Below are positions 20,013 to 30,438 of a DNA stretch of 64,000 nt, one piece after another (positions within the stretch are counted from its first letter, which is position 1; each line of letters opens with the position of its first letter). The stretch lies in the NCBI GenBank assembly GCA_029547185.1, contig JAKPPU010000004.1:40576-104575 (forward strand), in the 5' to 3' direction. The position numbers were made by a program, and so were the translations under genes. The stretch is from Deltaproteobacteria bacterium (lineage in GTDB: Bacteria > Desulfobacterota > Desulfomonilia > UBA1062). The notes below the pieces were generated by a model, which saw only the letters and a list, made by a program, of their open reading frames with translations, made no database searches and had not been told where the DNA came from.

Positions 20013-20444
20013 CTAGAGCCCGTAGACCTTCTCGCCGGGCAGCACCTTGAACCCGCCCTTCAGGAGCACGTCGATGGCGGAGTCGGTCGAATCGAAGCGG
20101 AAGATGATGACCGCGTTCTCGCCGCTGCGCTCGACGAAGGCGTACATGTACTCCACGTTGATCCCCTCCGCCGTGAGGGCCTCGAGGATGCTGTGGAGCC
20201 CGCCCGGCCTGTCCGGCACCTCGACCGCCACCACGTGGGTCTTGCCCACGGCGAACCCGGCCGCGTTCAGGACCTCCTTGGCCTTCGCGACGTTGTCGAC
20301 GATGAGCCTCAGGATTCCGAAGTCCGACGTATCGGCGAGCGAGAGCGCCCGGATGTTGATCTGTGCGTCCTTGATCGCCCTGGTGACACTCGAGAGACCG
20401 CCCGGCTTGTTCTCCAAAAAGATCGATATCTGTTCCACCTTCAT
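20013..20444 (-). CDS. Tandem ACT domain protein (paaK-associated)
   Basis: [13 protein letters not shown]...[21 protein letters not shown]...INVEYMYAF. Confidence 0.93.
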   Translation of the reverse strand: MKVEQISIFLENKPGGLSSVTRAIKDAQINIRALSLADTSDFGILRLIVDNVAKAKEVLNAAGFAVGKTHVVAVEVPDRPGGLHSILEALTAEGINVEYMYAFVERSGENAVIIFRFDSTDSAIDVLLKGGFKVLPGEKVYGL

Positions 20445-20454
20445 AACAGACCTC

Positions 20455-21756
20455 CTAGATATTCCTCTTGTCGACCACCCTCTGCGCCTTGCCCTCGAAC
20501 CGCTGGAGCTTCTTGGGCTCCACGAGCTTCACCTTTGCCGTGACCCCGAGATAGTCCTTGACGTCCTTCTTGATGCGCTTCTCGAGGTTCTGCAGCTCGC
20601 GGATCTCGTCCGAGAACACCTTTTCGCTCACCTCCACCTGGATCTCCAGGGTATCGAGCGAGCCTTCCCTGTCAACGATGAGCTGGTAGTGGGGCTCGAG
20701 CCCTTCGATGTCCATGATGACGCTCTCAATCTGGGAGGGGAACACGTTGACGCCCCTGATGATGAGCATGTCGTCACTCCTGCCGGAGATGCGCTCCATC
20801 CGCATGAAGGTCCTGCCGCACTTGCAGACCTCGGGCATGAGCCGGGTGATGTCCTTCGTACGGTACCTGATGAGGGGGAAGGCCTCCTTGGTGATGGTGG
20901 TGAACACGAGCTCGCCGGTCTCGCCGTAGGGCAGGACTTCGCCGGTTTTAGGATCGATGATCTCGGCGATGAAGTGGTCCTCGTAGATGTGCAGCCCGTT
21001 CCTGCCCTCGATGCACTCCATGGAGACGCCCGGGCCCATGACCTCGGAGAGGCCGTAGATGTTGAGCGCGGAGATGTCGAGCTCCTTCTCGATCTGGTCC
21101 CGCATCCTGTCGCTCCAGGGCTCTGCCCCGAGGATGCCGACCCTCAGTCTCAGGGACTTCATGTCCACACCCATCTCCCTGCCCGCCTCGGCCAGGAAGA
21201 GCAGGTACGACGGCGTGCAGCAGATGGCCGTGGGGCCGAAGTCCTGCAGGAGCAGGATCTGCTTCTTCGTGGAGCCGCCGGACATGGGGATGACGCTCGC
21301 GCCCAGTTTCTCTGCCCCGTAGTGGGCGCCCAGGCCGCCGGTGAAGAGCCCGTAGCCGTAGGAGTTGTGGATCACGTCGTTCTTCGTGAGGCCGGCCGCG
21401 GCAAAGGACCGGGCCATGAGGGTCGCCCAGGTGTCGATGTCGCGCTTCGTGTAGCCCACCACCGTGGGCTTGCCCGTGGTGCCCGACGAGGCGTGAAGCC
21501 GCACGATGTTGCTCATGGGCACGCTGAACAGCCCGAACGGATAGTTGTCCCGAAGGTCCTGCTTGACGGTGAAGGGGAGCTTCTTCAGGTCGTCGAGGCT
21601 CTGTACGTCGTCCGGGGTCACGCCGGCGCTGTCGAATGCCTTCCGGTAGAACCCGACCGTATGGTACACCCTGCTCACCACCTGCTGGAGCCTCTTCAAT
21701 TGCAGGGCCTCGATCGCCTCCCGGGGCAGCGTTTCGAATTCTTCGTTATAGATCAT
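20455..21756 (-). CDS. paaK: Phenylacetate--CoA ligase family protein
   Basis: [49 protein letters not shown]; start MIYNEEF at 21756 after GGAGG. Confidence 0.95.
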   Translation of the reverse strand: MIYNEEFETLPREAIEALQLKRLQQVVSRVYHTVGFYRKAFDSAGVTPDDVQSLDDLKKLPFTVKQDLRDNYPFGLFSVPMSNIVRLHASSGTTGKPTVVGYTKRDIDTWATLMARSFAAAGLTKNDVIHNSYGYGLFTGGLGAHYGAEKLGASVIPMSGGSTKKQILLLQDFGPTAICCTPSYLLFLAEAGREMGVDMKSLRLRVGILGAEPWSDRMRDQIEKELDISALNIYGLSEVMGPGVSMECIEGRNGLHIYEDHFIAEIIDPKTGEVLPYGETGELVFTTITKEAFPLIRYRTKDITRLMPEVCKCGRTFMRMERISGRSDDMLIIRGVNVFPSQIESVIMDIEGLEPHYQLIVDREGSLDTLEIQVEVSEKVFSDEIRELQNLEKRIKKDVKDYLGVTAKVKLVEPKKLQRFEGKAQRVVDKRNI

Positions 21757-21782
21757 GGACCAACCTCCCTTTCTTTCTGCGT

Positions 21783-22343
21783 TTATGCCTGTCTTCCCCT
21801 TTTGAAGCCCTCGATGTTCGCCGCCCTGATCTTTTCCTTGAGCATGTCGTTCATGGTGAGGGTCCAGAGCGCCTCGTCGGCCTCGAGATAGGTCGAGAGC
21901 TTTCCCAGCAGGATGATGTTGACGCCCTTGGGGTTGCCCATCTCGTCCGCTATCCTGCTGCCGTCCACGATCACGATCCTGTCGGTCTTTTCCCGGAGGA
22001 TGGGCAGGACGTCCGGATAGGGCTCCTTGCCCGAGATCACCGAGGGCGGGGAGAGCCGGTAGCGGTTGATGATCACGACCGCGTCCTTTTTCAGGTACTG
22101 AACATAGCGGGCCGCTTCGAGCTCCTCGAAGGAGAGAAGAATGTCGCACTCTCCCAGGGGAATGAGGGGCGAAGCCACATGCTTCGCATACCGCACGTGC
22201 GACATCACGCTGCCGCCGCGCTGGGCCATGCCGTGGATCTCGGACTTCTTCACGTCGAACCCCGCCCTCATCATCACGTCCGCGAGCATGTCCGATGCGA
22301 GGATGATTCCCTGGCCGCCTACACCTGTCATGAGCACGTTCAT
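21783..22343 (-). CDS. iorB: Indolepyruvate (arylpyruvate):ferredoxin oxidoreductase beta subunit
   Basis: [24 protein letters not shown]; ATGA overlap with iorA. Confidence 0.93.
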   Translation of the reverse strand: MNVLMTGVGGQGIILASDMLADVMMRAGFDVKKSEIHGMAQRGGSVMSHVRYAKHVASPLIPLGECDILLSFEELEAARYVQYLKKDAVVIINRYRLSPPSVISGKEPYPDVLPILREKTDRIVIVDGSRIADEMGNPKGVNIILLGKLSTYLEADEALWTLTMNDMLKEKIRAANIEGFKRGRQA

Positions 22344-24070
22344 TTGCCACCTCCGATCGCGTCCCGGGCGCAGGGCTCTTCGCACACGCCGCAGCCGGCG
22401 CACGAGCTGTTGATGAAGGATTTTTCATCCCTGAACTCGATGGCAGGGCACCCGAGCCCGATGCACACCTTGCAGCCGTTGCACTTCTCGGGATCGACAT
22501 GCAGGGGTTTTCCGGTCACCTTCCTCGATTTCAGGAGAACGCACGGCGCCTTCGATATGATGACCGAAGGGCCTTCGAAGGCCAGCGCCTCCTTGATGGT
22601 CTTGCGCGTCTTCTTGACGTCGTAGGGATCGACCGTCTTCACCCATTCGATGCCTAAGGCCTTCACGAGCTTTTCGAGATCGAGGCTGATCGTGGCCTCG
22701 CCCCGGATGGTGATGCCCGTCCCGGGGTGGTTCTGGGAGCCGGTCATGGCTGTCGTGGAGTTGTCGAGAATCACGACAAGGGCAGCGCCCTTGTTGTAGG
22801 CGAGGTTCGTGAGCCCGGTGATGCCCGAGTGATAGAAGGTCGAGTCCCCGATGACTGCGGCGATCTTCTCCTTCCCGGCCCCGAAGACCGTTGCCATGCC
22901 GTGGGCGTGGTTGATGCCCGCCCCCATGCACAGGCAGGTGTCGATGGCATCGAGCGGTGGGAGGAAGCCCAGCGTGTAGCAGCCGATGTCTCCCGCGATG
23001 AAGGCCTTATTGCGCCGGAGCGCCCAGAGGAGGCTTCTATGCGGGCAGCCCGGGCACATGCTGGGCGGTCTGCCGGGAAGCGGGGGCTTCACGAAGGGCG
23101 CAGGCGCGACGCCCGATATGGTGCTTTTGATGATGTCCGGGTTCAGCTCGCCGCACAGGGGAAGCCTGTCCTTGCCGTGGCAGTCGATACCTAGGGCCTT
23201 GATCTGGTCTTCCATGAAGGGATCGAGCTCCTCGACCACCCAGAGCTCGTCGACTTGCCCTGCGAACTCACGGATGAGCCTGTCGGGCATGGGATACGGC
23301 ATGCCCAGCTTCAGGAACGACGCCCCGGGGAAGGCCTCTTTCGCATACTGGTAGGCCACGCCCGAAGAGACGATCCCGAGCTTCCGGTCTCCCGTCTCGA
23401 TGACATTGAGCGGGGATGTGTTCGAATACTCTTTCAGCTCGACCATGCGCCTTTCGATGACGGGATGGCGGACCCTGGCATTGGCGGGCAGCATCACCCA
23501 TTCCGCCGGGTGCCTCTCGACGGAGGGCCTCGGAGGCTCCTTCACCTCCCCCATCTCCACGATGCCCATCGAATGGGAGATCCTCGTGGTGGTGCGGAGC
23601 ATGACCGGCGTCCCGAACTTCTCGCTTATCGAGATCGCCTCGATCATGAAGTCCTTTGCCTCCTGGGAGGTCGTAGGCTCCAGCATGGGGATCTTGGCAA
23701 AGCGTGCGTAATGCCGGTTGTCCTGCTCGTTCTGCGAGGAGAAGAGCTCGGGGTCGTCGGCGCTCACCAGGACGAGCCCTCCCCTGATGAGGGTATAGGG
23801 CAGGGTCATGAGAGGGTCTGCAGCCACGTTTACGCCCACGTGCTTCATGACGGCCATGGCGCGCGCCCCGGCATAGGATGCGCCGGCAGCCACCTCGAGG
23901 GCCACCTTCTCATTGGGTGTCCACTCGGCATGGATGCCCGGATACTCGGCAGCGATGTCTTCGAGCACCTCTGTCGACGGTGTGCCGGGGTATGCGGAGG
24001 CAAATGCCACGCCTGCCTCGTACGCCCCCCGGGCGATCGCCTCGTTTCCGCTCAAAATCTTCTTCATCAC
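22340..24070 (-). CDS. iorA: Indolepyruvate (arylpyruvate):ferredoxin oxidoreductase alpha subunit
   Basis: [46 protein letters not shown] (TPP binding), C-terminal 2x[4Fe-4S] motifs. Confidence 0.96.
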   Translation of the reverse strand: MMKKILSGNEAIARGAYEAGVAFASAYPGTPSTEVLEDIAAEYPGIHAEWTPNEKVALEVAAGASYAGARAMAVMKHVGVNVAADPLMTLPYTLIRGGLVLVSADDPELFSSQNEQDNRHYARFAKIPMLEPTTSQEAKDFMIEAISISEKFGTPVMLRTTTRISHSMGIVEMGEVKEPPRPSVERHPAEWVMLPANARVRHPVIERRMVELKEYSNTSPLNVIETGDRKLGIVSSGVAYQYAKEAFPGASFLKLGMPYPMPDRLIREFAGQVDELWVVEELDPFMEDQIKALGIDCHGKDRLPLCGELNPDIIKSTISGVAPAPFVKPPLPGRPPSMCPGCPHRSLLWALRRNKAFIAGDIGCYTLGFLPPLDAIDTCLCMGAGINHAHGMATVFGAGKEKIAAVIGDSTFYHSGITGLTNLAYNKGAALVVILDNSTTAMTGSQNHPGTGITIRGEATISLDLEKLVKALGIEWVKTVDPYDVKKTRKTIKEALAFEGPSVIISKAPCVLLKSRKVTGKPLHVDPEKCNGCKVCIGLGCPAIEFRDEKSFINSSCAGCGVCEEPCARDAIGGGK

Positions 24071-24208
24071 GTATTCCCCTTGACCATGATAAAATGTGCA
24101 TTCCGGGCTTGCTGAGCCCTGACCGTGCCGTTTCTTTGCCGCCCCACGGTATCACACGTTCGGTGCCTTGTCAGTCCCGGATGTGAATGCCCGGAAAGCC
24201 CCGGCATA

Positions 24209-24243
24209 ATAAAAAAGGCCATGGATTTCGTCCATGGCCTTTT
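24209..24243 (-). terminator. Attenuator terminator (segments 3:4)
   Basis: RNA AAAAGGCCAUGGA-CGAAA-UCCAUGGCCUUUUUUAU; about 140 nt upstream of the iorA start and oriented with the operon. Confidence 0.88.
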
Positions 24244-24266
24244 CCCATCCGGTGAGAGCCCCAGGC

Positions 24267-24338
24267 CTATGGACATAAGCTCATGCGATAATAAAAATAA
24301 AAGTAATAGGCCTTGGTGTCGACTCTTTCTGTCATCAT
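24267..24338 (-). CDS. Tyr/Phe-rich attenuation leader peptide MMTERVDTKAYYFYFYYRMSLCP
   Basis: Manual translation: seven consecutive Tyr/Phe codons (TAT TAC TTT TAT TTT TAT TAT), TAG stop 24 nt before the terminator, alternative pairings present. Confidence 0.85.
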   Translation of the reverse strand: MMTERVDTKAYYFYFYYRMSLCP

Positions 24339-24349
24339 AACGGTTTCCT

Positions 24350-24378
24350 ATATTCTATAGAAGTTCTTGCAGTGTCAA
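24350..24378 (-). promoter_or_regulatory. Sigma70-type promoter of the ior leader
   Basis: TTGACA (24378-24373), then TAGAAT at 15-nt spacing or GAATAT at 17-nt spacing, just upstream of the leader ATG. Confidence 0.55.
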
Positions 24379-24684
24379 GACAATTTCTGGCACCCTTCAA
24401 AGACGGTGTCTGCTGATGGCGCCCGCGGTGCGGCTTTTTAAAGAAAATCATATCGTTGCATGGCGCGGACGAGGCCGCACATCAGCCCGGCGGTGAGGAT
24501 CACCATCTAAAAACCAAGGTGCTGCCTCTCTTAAAATGCCGTAGCGAATGATGCTGCCGGCATATTACAGCAGCTGCCGATGATCATTATAAATTATGCC
24601 TGAATCCTTTTTGCCGGATAATGCATCTTGACATTGACTGACCAGTTCCGATACCTTGCCAAATTCGAAGAGATGGTAGTTGAT

Positions 24685-25767
24685 ATGGATCATACAGAGG
24701 CATGGGTTACTCTGGATCTCATCTCCTGTATCGGGCCCAAGAGTGCACAGAGACTCCTCGAGATTTTTAAAACCCCCGAGAACATCCTCTCTGCCCCGAT
24801 ATCGAAGATCAAGGAGACGGGTTTCCTCAATGCGGCTCAGCTCAAGAGCCTGGCCGGCGGACCGGACAGAGAGGCGGTGGAGAAGGCATTCACCGCGCTC
24901 AAGGCGCACGGTGCCCGTGCCGTGGGGTTCGACGATCCGTCCTACCCGGAGGTCTTGAAGCAGATCGAAGACCCTCCCCTTGTGCTGTACGTCAAGGGAT
25001 CTCTTGCAGACCTCGAGCCTGCGGTCGCCATCGTGGGCACGCGCGCACCTTCCCATTACGGCAGGGAAACGGCCTTTTCCCTGGCCCGCGACCTGAGCGC
25101 AAAAGGCGTCACGGTCGTATCGGGGCTGGCCAGAGGGATCGACACGGCTGCCCATGAGGGGGCGCTCGAAGGCATGGCAAGCACGGTCGCGGTCCTGGGC
25201 TCCGGCATCGACGTGATCTACCCGCCGGAAAACGCAGGCCTCGCAGAGAAGATCGCGCACAGAGGGGCAGTGATAAGCGAGAATCCGCCCGGCACGTTTC
25301 CCGACCCGGGAAACTTCCCCAGGCGCAACCGGATCATTTCCGCTCTGTCCTCAGGGGTCGTGGTGGTCGAGGCGGCGTATCGGTCCGGTGCGCTCATCAC
25401 CTCGCGGCTTGCCATGGAGCAGGGCAAAACCGTGATGGCCGTGCCCGGCCAAATCACGAACGTGAGGTCGCAGGGGCCGCACCACCTGATCCGTCAGGGC
25501 GCTGCGCTCGTACGGGACGCCGATGACGTGCTCATGGAGATCGCACCTCAGGTAAAGAGAGCCATCGGGATAACCGAAACACTCCTGCAGCCGTCCGACG
25601 AGATCGTCGAGCTCACCGGGGGCGATGCACTGAGCATCGAGGATATCGCCCGCGAGCTGGGCCTCGACGTCGTGGAGGCGGCAAAGAGGGTGAGCATGCT
25701 CGAGCTTGCGGGGAAGATCGTGAGGATAGAGGGCAACAGATTCACAGCAAGGAGTACGAATGAGTAA
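24685..25767 (+). CDS. dprA: DNA processing/protecting protein DprA (Smf)
   Basis: DPPLVLYVKG, VAIVGTR, VVSGLARGID, FPRRNRIIS, SGALIT; upstream of topA. Confidence 0.95.
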   Translation: MDHTEAWVTLDLISCIGPKSAQRLLEIFKTPENILSAPISKIKETGFLNAAQLKSLAGGPDREAVEKAFTALKAHGARAVGFDDPSYPEVLKQIEDPPLVLYVKGSLADLEPAVAIVGTRAPSHYGRETAFSLARDLSAKGVTVVSGLARGIDTAAHEGALEGMASTVAVLGSGIDVIYPPENAGLAEKIAHRGAVISENPPGTFPDPGNFPRRNRIISALSSGVVVVEAAYRSGALITSRLAMEQGKTVMAVPGQITNVRSQGPHHLIRQGAALVRDADDVLMEIAPQVKRAIGITETLLQPSDEIVELTGGDALSIEDIARELGLDVVEAAKRVSMLELAGKIVRIEGNRFTARSTNE

Positions 25768-28099
25768 ATCACTCGTGATCGTGGAGTCTCCCACGAAGGC
25801 GAAAACCATCAAGCGCTACCTCGGGAAGGAGTTCGAGGTTCAGGCCACCATGGGCCATATCAAGGACCTTCCCAAGAGTGTGCTCGGAGTGGATATCGAC
25901 AAGGGGTTTGCGCCCAACTACAAGGTGAAGCCCGAAAAAAAGGATATCGTGAAGAAGCTGCGCAAGCTCGCGGAAGACGCCGAGCGCATCTACCTGGCCT
26001 CGGACCCTGACAGGGAGGGCGAGGCCATTGCCTGGCACATCGCCGAGGAGCTCTCGAAGCAGAACTCGGAAGTGGGCAGGATCATCTTCCACGAGATCAC
26101 CAAGAAGGCCATCGACCAGGCCATCAAGCAGCCGCAGCCCTTGAACAGGTCGCTCTACGACGCCCAGAAGGCACGGCGGGTCATGGACCGGATCGTGGGA
26201 TACACCATGAGCCCTCTCCTGTGGAAAAGGGTAAAGCGGGGGCTCTCCGGCGGCCGGGTCCAGTCGGTGGCGGTGCGGCTCATCTGCATGCGCCAGGAAG
26301 AGATCGAGAGTTTCGTGCCCCAGGAATACTGGACCATCGACGTATCGCTCATAGCCCCTTCGGGAGAAGAGTTCACGGCCAAGGTCGTTGTCCCGAAGGA
26401 GATCCCGGACGAGCAGGCCTCGCACGAGGCTGCACGGATGATCAGGGAGGCGACGAAGATCGTCGTCGAGAAGGTGAAGAAGCAGGTGAGGCAGAAGGGC
26501 CCCCTTCCGCCCTTCATCACCTCGACGCTCCAGCAGGCCGCATCGTCGCGGCTGCGCTTTTCTGCCAAGAAGACCATGATGGTCGCCCAGCAGCTCTACG
26601 AGGGCATCTCTCTCGGCAAGAACGAGGTTGCCGGTCTGATCACGTATATGAGGACCGACTCCCCGACCGTGTCGGGCGAAGCCATCGGCCAGGCGAGGTC
26701 TTACATTCCCGCCGCCTTCGGCCAAGACTACCTCCCGGACAAGCCCCGTCAGTATAAGGCCAAAAAGACGGCCCAGCAGGCCCATGAGGCGATCCGCCCC
26801 ACCGACGTCCGCAACGATCCCGAGTCGATGAAGCCATATCTGACGAAAGAGCAGTATGCGATCTACGAGCTCATCTGGAGGCGCTTCGTCTCGTCCCAGA
26901 TGGCGAACGCCGTGTTCGACCAGACCTCGATCGACATCTCCGCGGGAAAGGTGGGACTAAGGGCGACCGGCTCCATCATGCGGTTCGAAGGGTTCCTCAG
27001 GGTCTACGGCCAGCAGGACGAGAACGACGTCCTCCTGCCCGAGGGCATCTCCGAAGGCGATACTTTGAACCTGAAGGACATCTGCGAGAAGCAGCACTTC
27101 ACCCAGCCGCCTCCCCGCTACACCGAGGCGAGCCTCATCAAGGAGCTCGAAGAGCGGGGAATCGGAAGGCCGAGCACCTATGCCCCCATCATCTCCACGA
27201 TCCAGGAACGCGGGTACGTGAGGATGGAGCAGCGCGCATTCGTGCCCACCGAGCTCGGCAGGGACGTGAACGATCTGCTCGTGAAGCACTACCCCAACAT
27301 CCTCGATATCGGGTTCACGGCAAAGATGGAGGATTCCCTCGACGAGATCGAGGACGGCAAGACGAACTACCTCGAGATGATGAGCTCCTTCTACAGCACC
27401 TACAAGCAGGAGCACGACCAGGCCGCCACCGACATGCAGAACCTGCGGGCAGCCCACAGGCCGTCGGGCATAACCTGCGACGTGTGCGGAGGCGAGATGC
27501 TTATAAAGCTGGGCAAAAACGGCTATTTCCTCGGCTGCTCGCGCTATCCGGAGTGCACGAACACCCGGGAGTTCAACCGGGATGAAAACGGCAGGATCCA
27601 TTCCGTAGAGCCTGCCGTGCCCGAGCAGACCGACGCCGTATGCGACAAGTGCGGCTCGCCCATGGTCGTCAAGAAGGGAAAGTTCGGGCCTTTCCTCGCC
27701 TGCAGCGCGTATCCCGCCTGCTCCAACACGAAGCCGGTCACGAAAACCGAGCCCACGGACAAGGTATGCGAAAAATGCGGCTCGGCCATGGTGGTGAGGC
27801 AGGGCAGGTTCGGTCCCTTCCTCGCCTGCAGCAGCTACCCGAAGTGCAAGAACATCCAGCCCTACCCCCTCGGGCTCAAGTGCCCCATACCCGGATGCTC
27901 GGGAGAGATAAGACAGCAGAGGTCCCGGAAGGGCAAGATGTACTACTCGTGCTCGAACAAGGAGTGCAAATTCATCTCCTGGTCGAAGCCCGTCCAGAAG
28001 CCGTGCCCGTCGTGCAATGCCGGGTTCCTCATAAAGAAGGGAAAGGCCAGCGTGTGCCCGAATCCGGACTGCGGCTACCATGAAGAAGAGAGCGCTTAA
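25760..28099 (+). CDS. topA: DNA topoisomerase I
   Basis: LVIVESPTKAKTI, ASDPDREGEAI, GRVQS, ITYMRTD, GIGRPSTYA, C-terminal zinc ribbons. Confidence 0.99.
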   Translation: MSKSLVIVESPTKAKTIKRYLGKEFEVQATMGHIKDLPKSVLGVDIDKGFAPNYKVKPEKKDIVKKLRKLAEDAERIYLASDPDREGEAIAWHIAEELSKQNSEVGRIIFHEITKKAIDQAIKQPQPLNRSLYDAQKARRVMDRIVGYTMSPLLWKRVKRGLSGGRVQSVAVRLICMRQEEIESFVPQEYWTIDVSLIAPSGEEFTAKVVVPKEIPDEQASHEAARMIREATKIVVEKVKKQVRQKGPLPPFITSTLQQAASSRLRFSAKKTMMVAQQLYEGISLGKNEVAGLITYMRTDSPTVSGEAIGQARSYIPAAFGQDYLPDKPRQYKAKKTAQQAHEAIRPTDVRNDPESMKPYLTKEQYAIYELIWRRFVSSQMANAVFDQTSIDISAGKVGLRATGSIMRFEGFLRVYGQQDENDVLLPEGISEGDTLNLKDICEKQHFTQPPPRYTEASLIKELEERGIGRPSTYAPIISTIQERGYVRMEQRAFVPTELGRDVNDLLVKHYPNILDIGFTAKMEDSLDEIEDGKTNYLEMMSSFYSTYKQEHDQAATDMQNLRAAHRPSGITCDVCGGEMLIKLGKNGYFLGCSRYPECTNTREFNRDENGRIHSVEPAVPEQTDAVCDKCGSPMVVKKGKFGPFLACSAYPACSNTKPVTKTEPTDKVCEKCGSAMVVRQGRFGPFLACSSYPKCKNIQPYPLGLKCPIPGCSGEIRQQRSRKGKMYYSCSNKECKFISWSKPVQKPCPSCNAGFLIKKGKASVCPNPDCGYHEEESA

Positions 28100-29399
28100 G
28101 GTCCGAATCGTGGGCGGCGGGCTCGCCGGCGTCGAGGCGGCCCACCTTCTCGCCTCGAGGGGAGTAGGCGTCGACCTCTTCGAGATGCGTCCCGCCAGAT
28201 TCACCCCTGCCCACAAGACCGGACTCCTCGGAGAGCTCGTGTGCAGCAATTCCCTCAAAGGCACCGACCCCGAAACCGCCCACGGCCTCCTGAAGAAAGA
28301 GATGCAGGCGCTTGGCTCCCTCGTGATCGAGACCGCCCTGAAGACCCGGGTGCCTGCGGGCAAGGCCCTGGCAGTGGACCGGGAGGCCTTTGCCGAAAAC
28401 CTTACCCGCAGGATCGAATCGAACGAACTCATCTCCCTCATCCGGGAGGAGGTGGAAGACATCGACCCGGAGATCCCCACGATCATCGCATCGGGTCCGC
28501 TCACCTCCGACAGGCTCGCCGCCCGTTTGTCGGAGATGACGGGAAGCTCCCGCCTCTTTTTCTATGACGCCATCTCTCCCATCATCGACGCGGGAAGCAT
28601 CGACTACGGCCATGCCTTCTTCGGCTCCAGGTGGGCCCCCGAAAACACCGACTACCTGAACTGCCCGCTCGACAGAGACCGGTACGAATCGTTCGTCCAT
28701 GAGCTCATCGAGGCGGACAGGGTCAAGGCCCGGGACTTCGAGGATGCCCGCTTCTTCGATGCCTGCCTGCCGATCGAGGTCATTGCGGGAAGGGGAATCG
28801 AGTCGCTGCGGTTCGGCCCCATGAGGCCGGTCGGAATCCATGATCCGAAAAACGGCAGGCTGCCCTACGCGGTCGTGCAGCTCCGCAGGGAGAACCTCAA
28901 AGGCGATGCCTACAACATGGTGGGGTTTCAGACGAGGCTGACGATTCCCGAGCAGAAGCGGATCTTCTCCATGATCCCGGCTTTAAGATCCGCTGCAATC
29001 CTGCGTTATGGGAGCATCCACAGGAACACGTTCCTCGACTCGCCCAGGATTATCAAAGACGACCTGAGCATGCGGGGATATCCGAACGTATATGTTGCCG
29101 GCCAGATCATCGGGGTGGAGGGATACGTCGAGTCCGCCTCGACCGGCCTTATCGCCGGGCTTTCCGTCCTGGCGAGGCTTGGCGGCAGAAGCTTTATCCC
29201 ACCCTCTGCTGATACGGCGATGGGTGCCTTACTTCAGTACATCACCCGGTTTCCCGGGGACAGATTTCAGCCCTCAAACATCAATTTCGGGATAATGGAA
29301 GAGCCGGAAGCTCCCAAGAGGAACAGGAAACAGGTACGGCTTGAGAAGGAATCGGTATCTTTTGATCGCTGGATGAAATCACTGTCTTTATCTGATTAA
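28080..29399 (+). CDS. trmFO: Folate-dependent tRNA (uracil-5-)-methyltransferase
   Basis: VGGGLAGVEAA, ELVCSNSL, FFYDAISP, NMVGFQT, GVEGYVES. Confidence 0.96.
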   Translation: MKKRALKVRIVGGGLAGVEAAHLLASRGVGVDLFEMRPARFTPAHKTGLLGELVCSNSLKGTDPETAHGLLKKEMQALGSLVIETALKTRVPAGKALAVDREAFAENLTRRIESNELISLIREEVEDIDPEIPTIIASGPLTSDRLAARLSEMTGSSRLFFYDAISPIIDAGSIDYGHAFFGSRWAPENTDYLNCPLDRDRYESFVHELIEADRVKARDFEDARFFDACLPIEVIAGRGIESLRFGPMRPVGIHDPKNGRLPYAVVQLRRENLKGDAYNMVGFQTRLTIPEQKRIFSMIPALRSAAILRYGSIHRNTFLDSPRIIKDDLSMRGYPNVYVAGQIIGVEGYVESASTGLIAGLSVLARLGGRSFIPPSADTAMGALLQYITRFPGDRFQPSNINFGIMEEPEAPKRNRKQVRLEKESVSFDRWMKSLSLSD

Positions 29400-29426
29400 T
29401 CTGACGCACTGAAAAATTTGGAACTT

Positions 29427-29452
29427 CGGGGCAGGCTCATCACCTGCCCCGC
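29427..29452. terminator. Hairpin between convergent trmFO and csp
   Basis: CGGGGCAGG-ctcatca-CCTGCCCCG. Confidence 0.6.
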
Positions 29453-29463
29453 GGATGTTCAGG

Positions 29464-29664
29464 CTATGCCTTCATTACGTTAGCTGCCTGCGGCCCTTTG
29501 GGTCCTTTGACCACTTCAAATGTGACCTTGTCACCCTCTGCAAGTGTTTTGAATCCATCTTCCTTGATGGCTGAGTAATGGACGAATACATCGTTGCCGC
29601 CATCCTCAGTAATAAAACCGAAGCCCTTTTTCTCATTAAACCATTTCACTGTTCCTGTAGCCAT
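29464..29664 (-). CDS. Cold shock protein (CspA family)
   Basis: [29 protein letters not shown]; TTGACA promoter element near 29849 implies a long 5' UTR. Confidence 0.97.
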   Translation of the reverse strand: MATGTVKWFNEKKGFGFITEDGGNDVFVHYSAIKEDGFKTLAEGDKVTFEVVKGPKGPQAANVMKA

Positions 29665-29985
29665 GTAATACCTCCATTTTTTGCTGACCCTTTCTCTGGC
29701 AAGGAGAAGTGGCCCGTAATACTTTTGTCTGGAAAAACGGTATTACCAGAAACCTGAGGAAAACTTACAGAGGGTTTTGCCGCGGGTTACTGTGATAATT
29801 TCGTCTCCAGCTAAAAAAGTTCTATAATCCCAAAACCATGCCCTGTCAAGAAAGAATACACTATAAGTCTGGGGAAATACTGTCGTTGAAGATCGGGCCG
29901 GCGGGGCTTCTTCAGTCATATTCATTAGGTGCTATACTCCGGCATCCGGGGCTGATCTTCAGATTTTAAAGAATCGTTCGGTGGA

Positions 29986-30191
29986 CAGGGAGGCAGGGGC
30001 GGCCCTTCCATCACCGGGGATCGCCTTTTGATGCAGCCGAGACCAGCGTCTTAAGGCCGGACCCGTAAACTCGCCTCCCTTCGGGAAGCTCAAACAGTAC
30101 GGGGCCAGGAGGCCTCCGGCTGAAGGTCGGGCTGCATTCGCAAAAGGCGATCAACGGTTCATCCAGGCTCCCACCTGCCTCCCTGGGCACG
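29986..30191. repeat. ~206-bp nested-palindrome intergenic element, copy 1
   Basis: Stems CAGGGAGGCAGG/CCTGCCTCCCTG and ATCGCCTTTTG/CAAAAGGCGAT; core AAACTCGCCTCCCTTCGGGAAGCTCAAACA; homologous to 56399-56604. Confidence 0.85.
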
Positions 30192-30438
30192 TTCTATGAC
30201 AAGCACAAAACAGACATCCTAAAAAAGCAGTACCAGAAGATCTTAAGGTTTAAAGAATACCACTACTGTCCCAACGTTTAGGGGGTAGGAGTCTGTAGAG
30301 CAAGGGTATAAGAGGATTAGCGGGGAGAAATGGTTGTAATCGATTTGAAAATAAATTCTGGAGAGAGCCATACTTCTGCATACCTGCAGAAGGAGATGGC
30401 ACATGATCTCTGGTCGTACCATATTCCCCCAATTGCAA

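Noticed and set aside
20455-22500. 681-aa ORF suggesting an N-terminally extended PaaK
   Set aside because: The extension overlaps iorB in another frame; the RBS-supported start is 21756.
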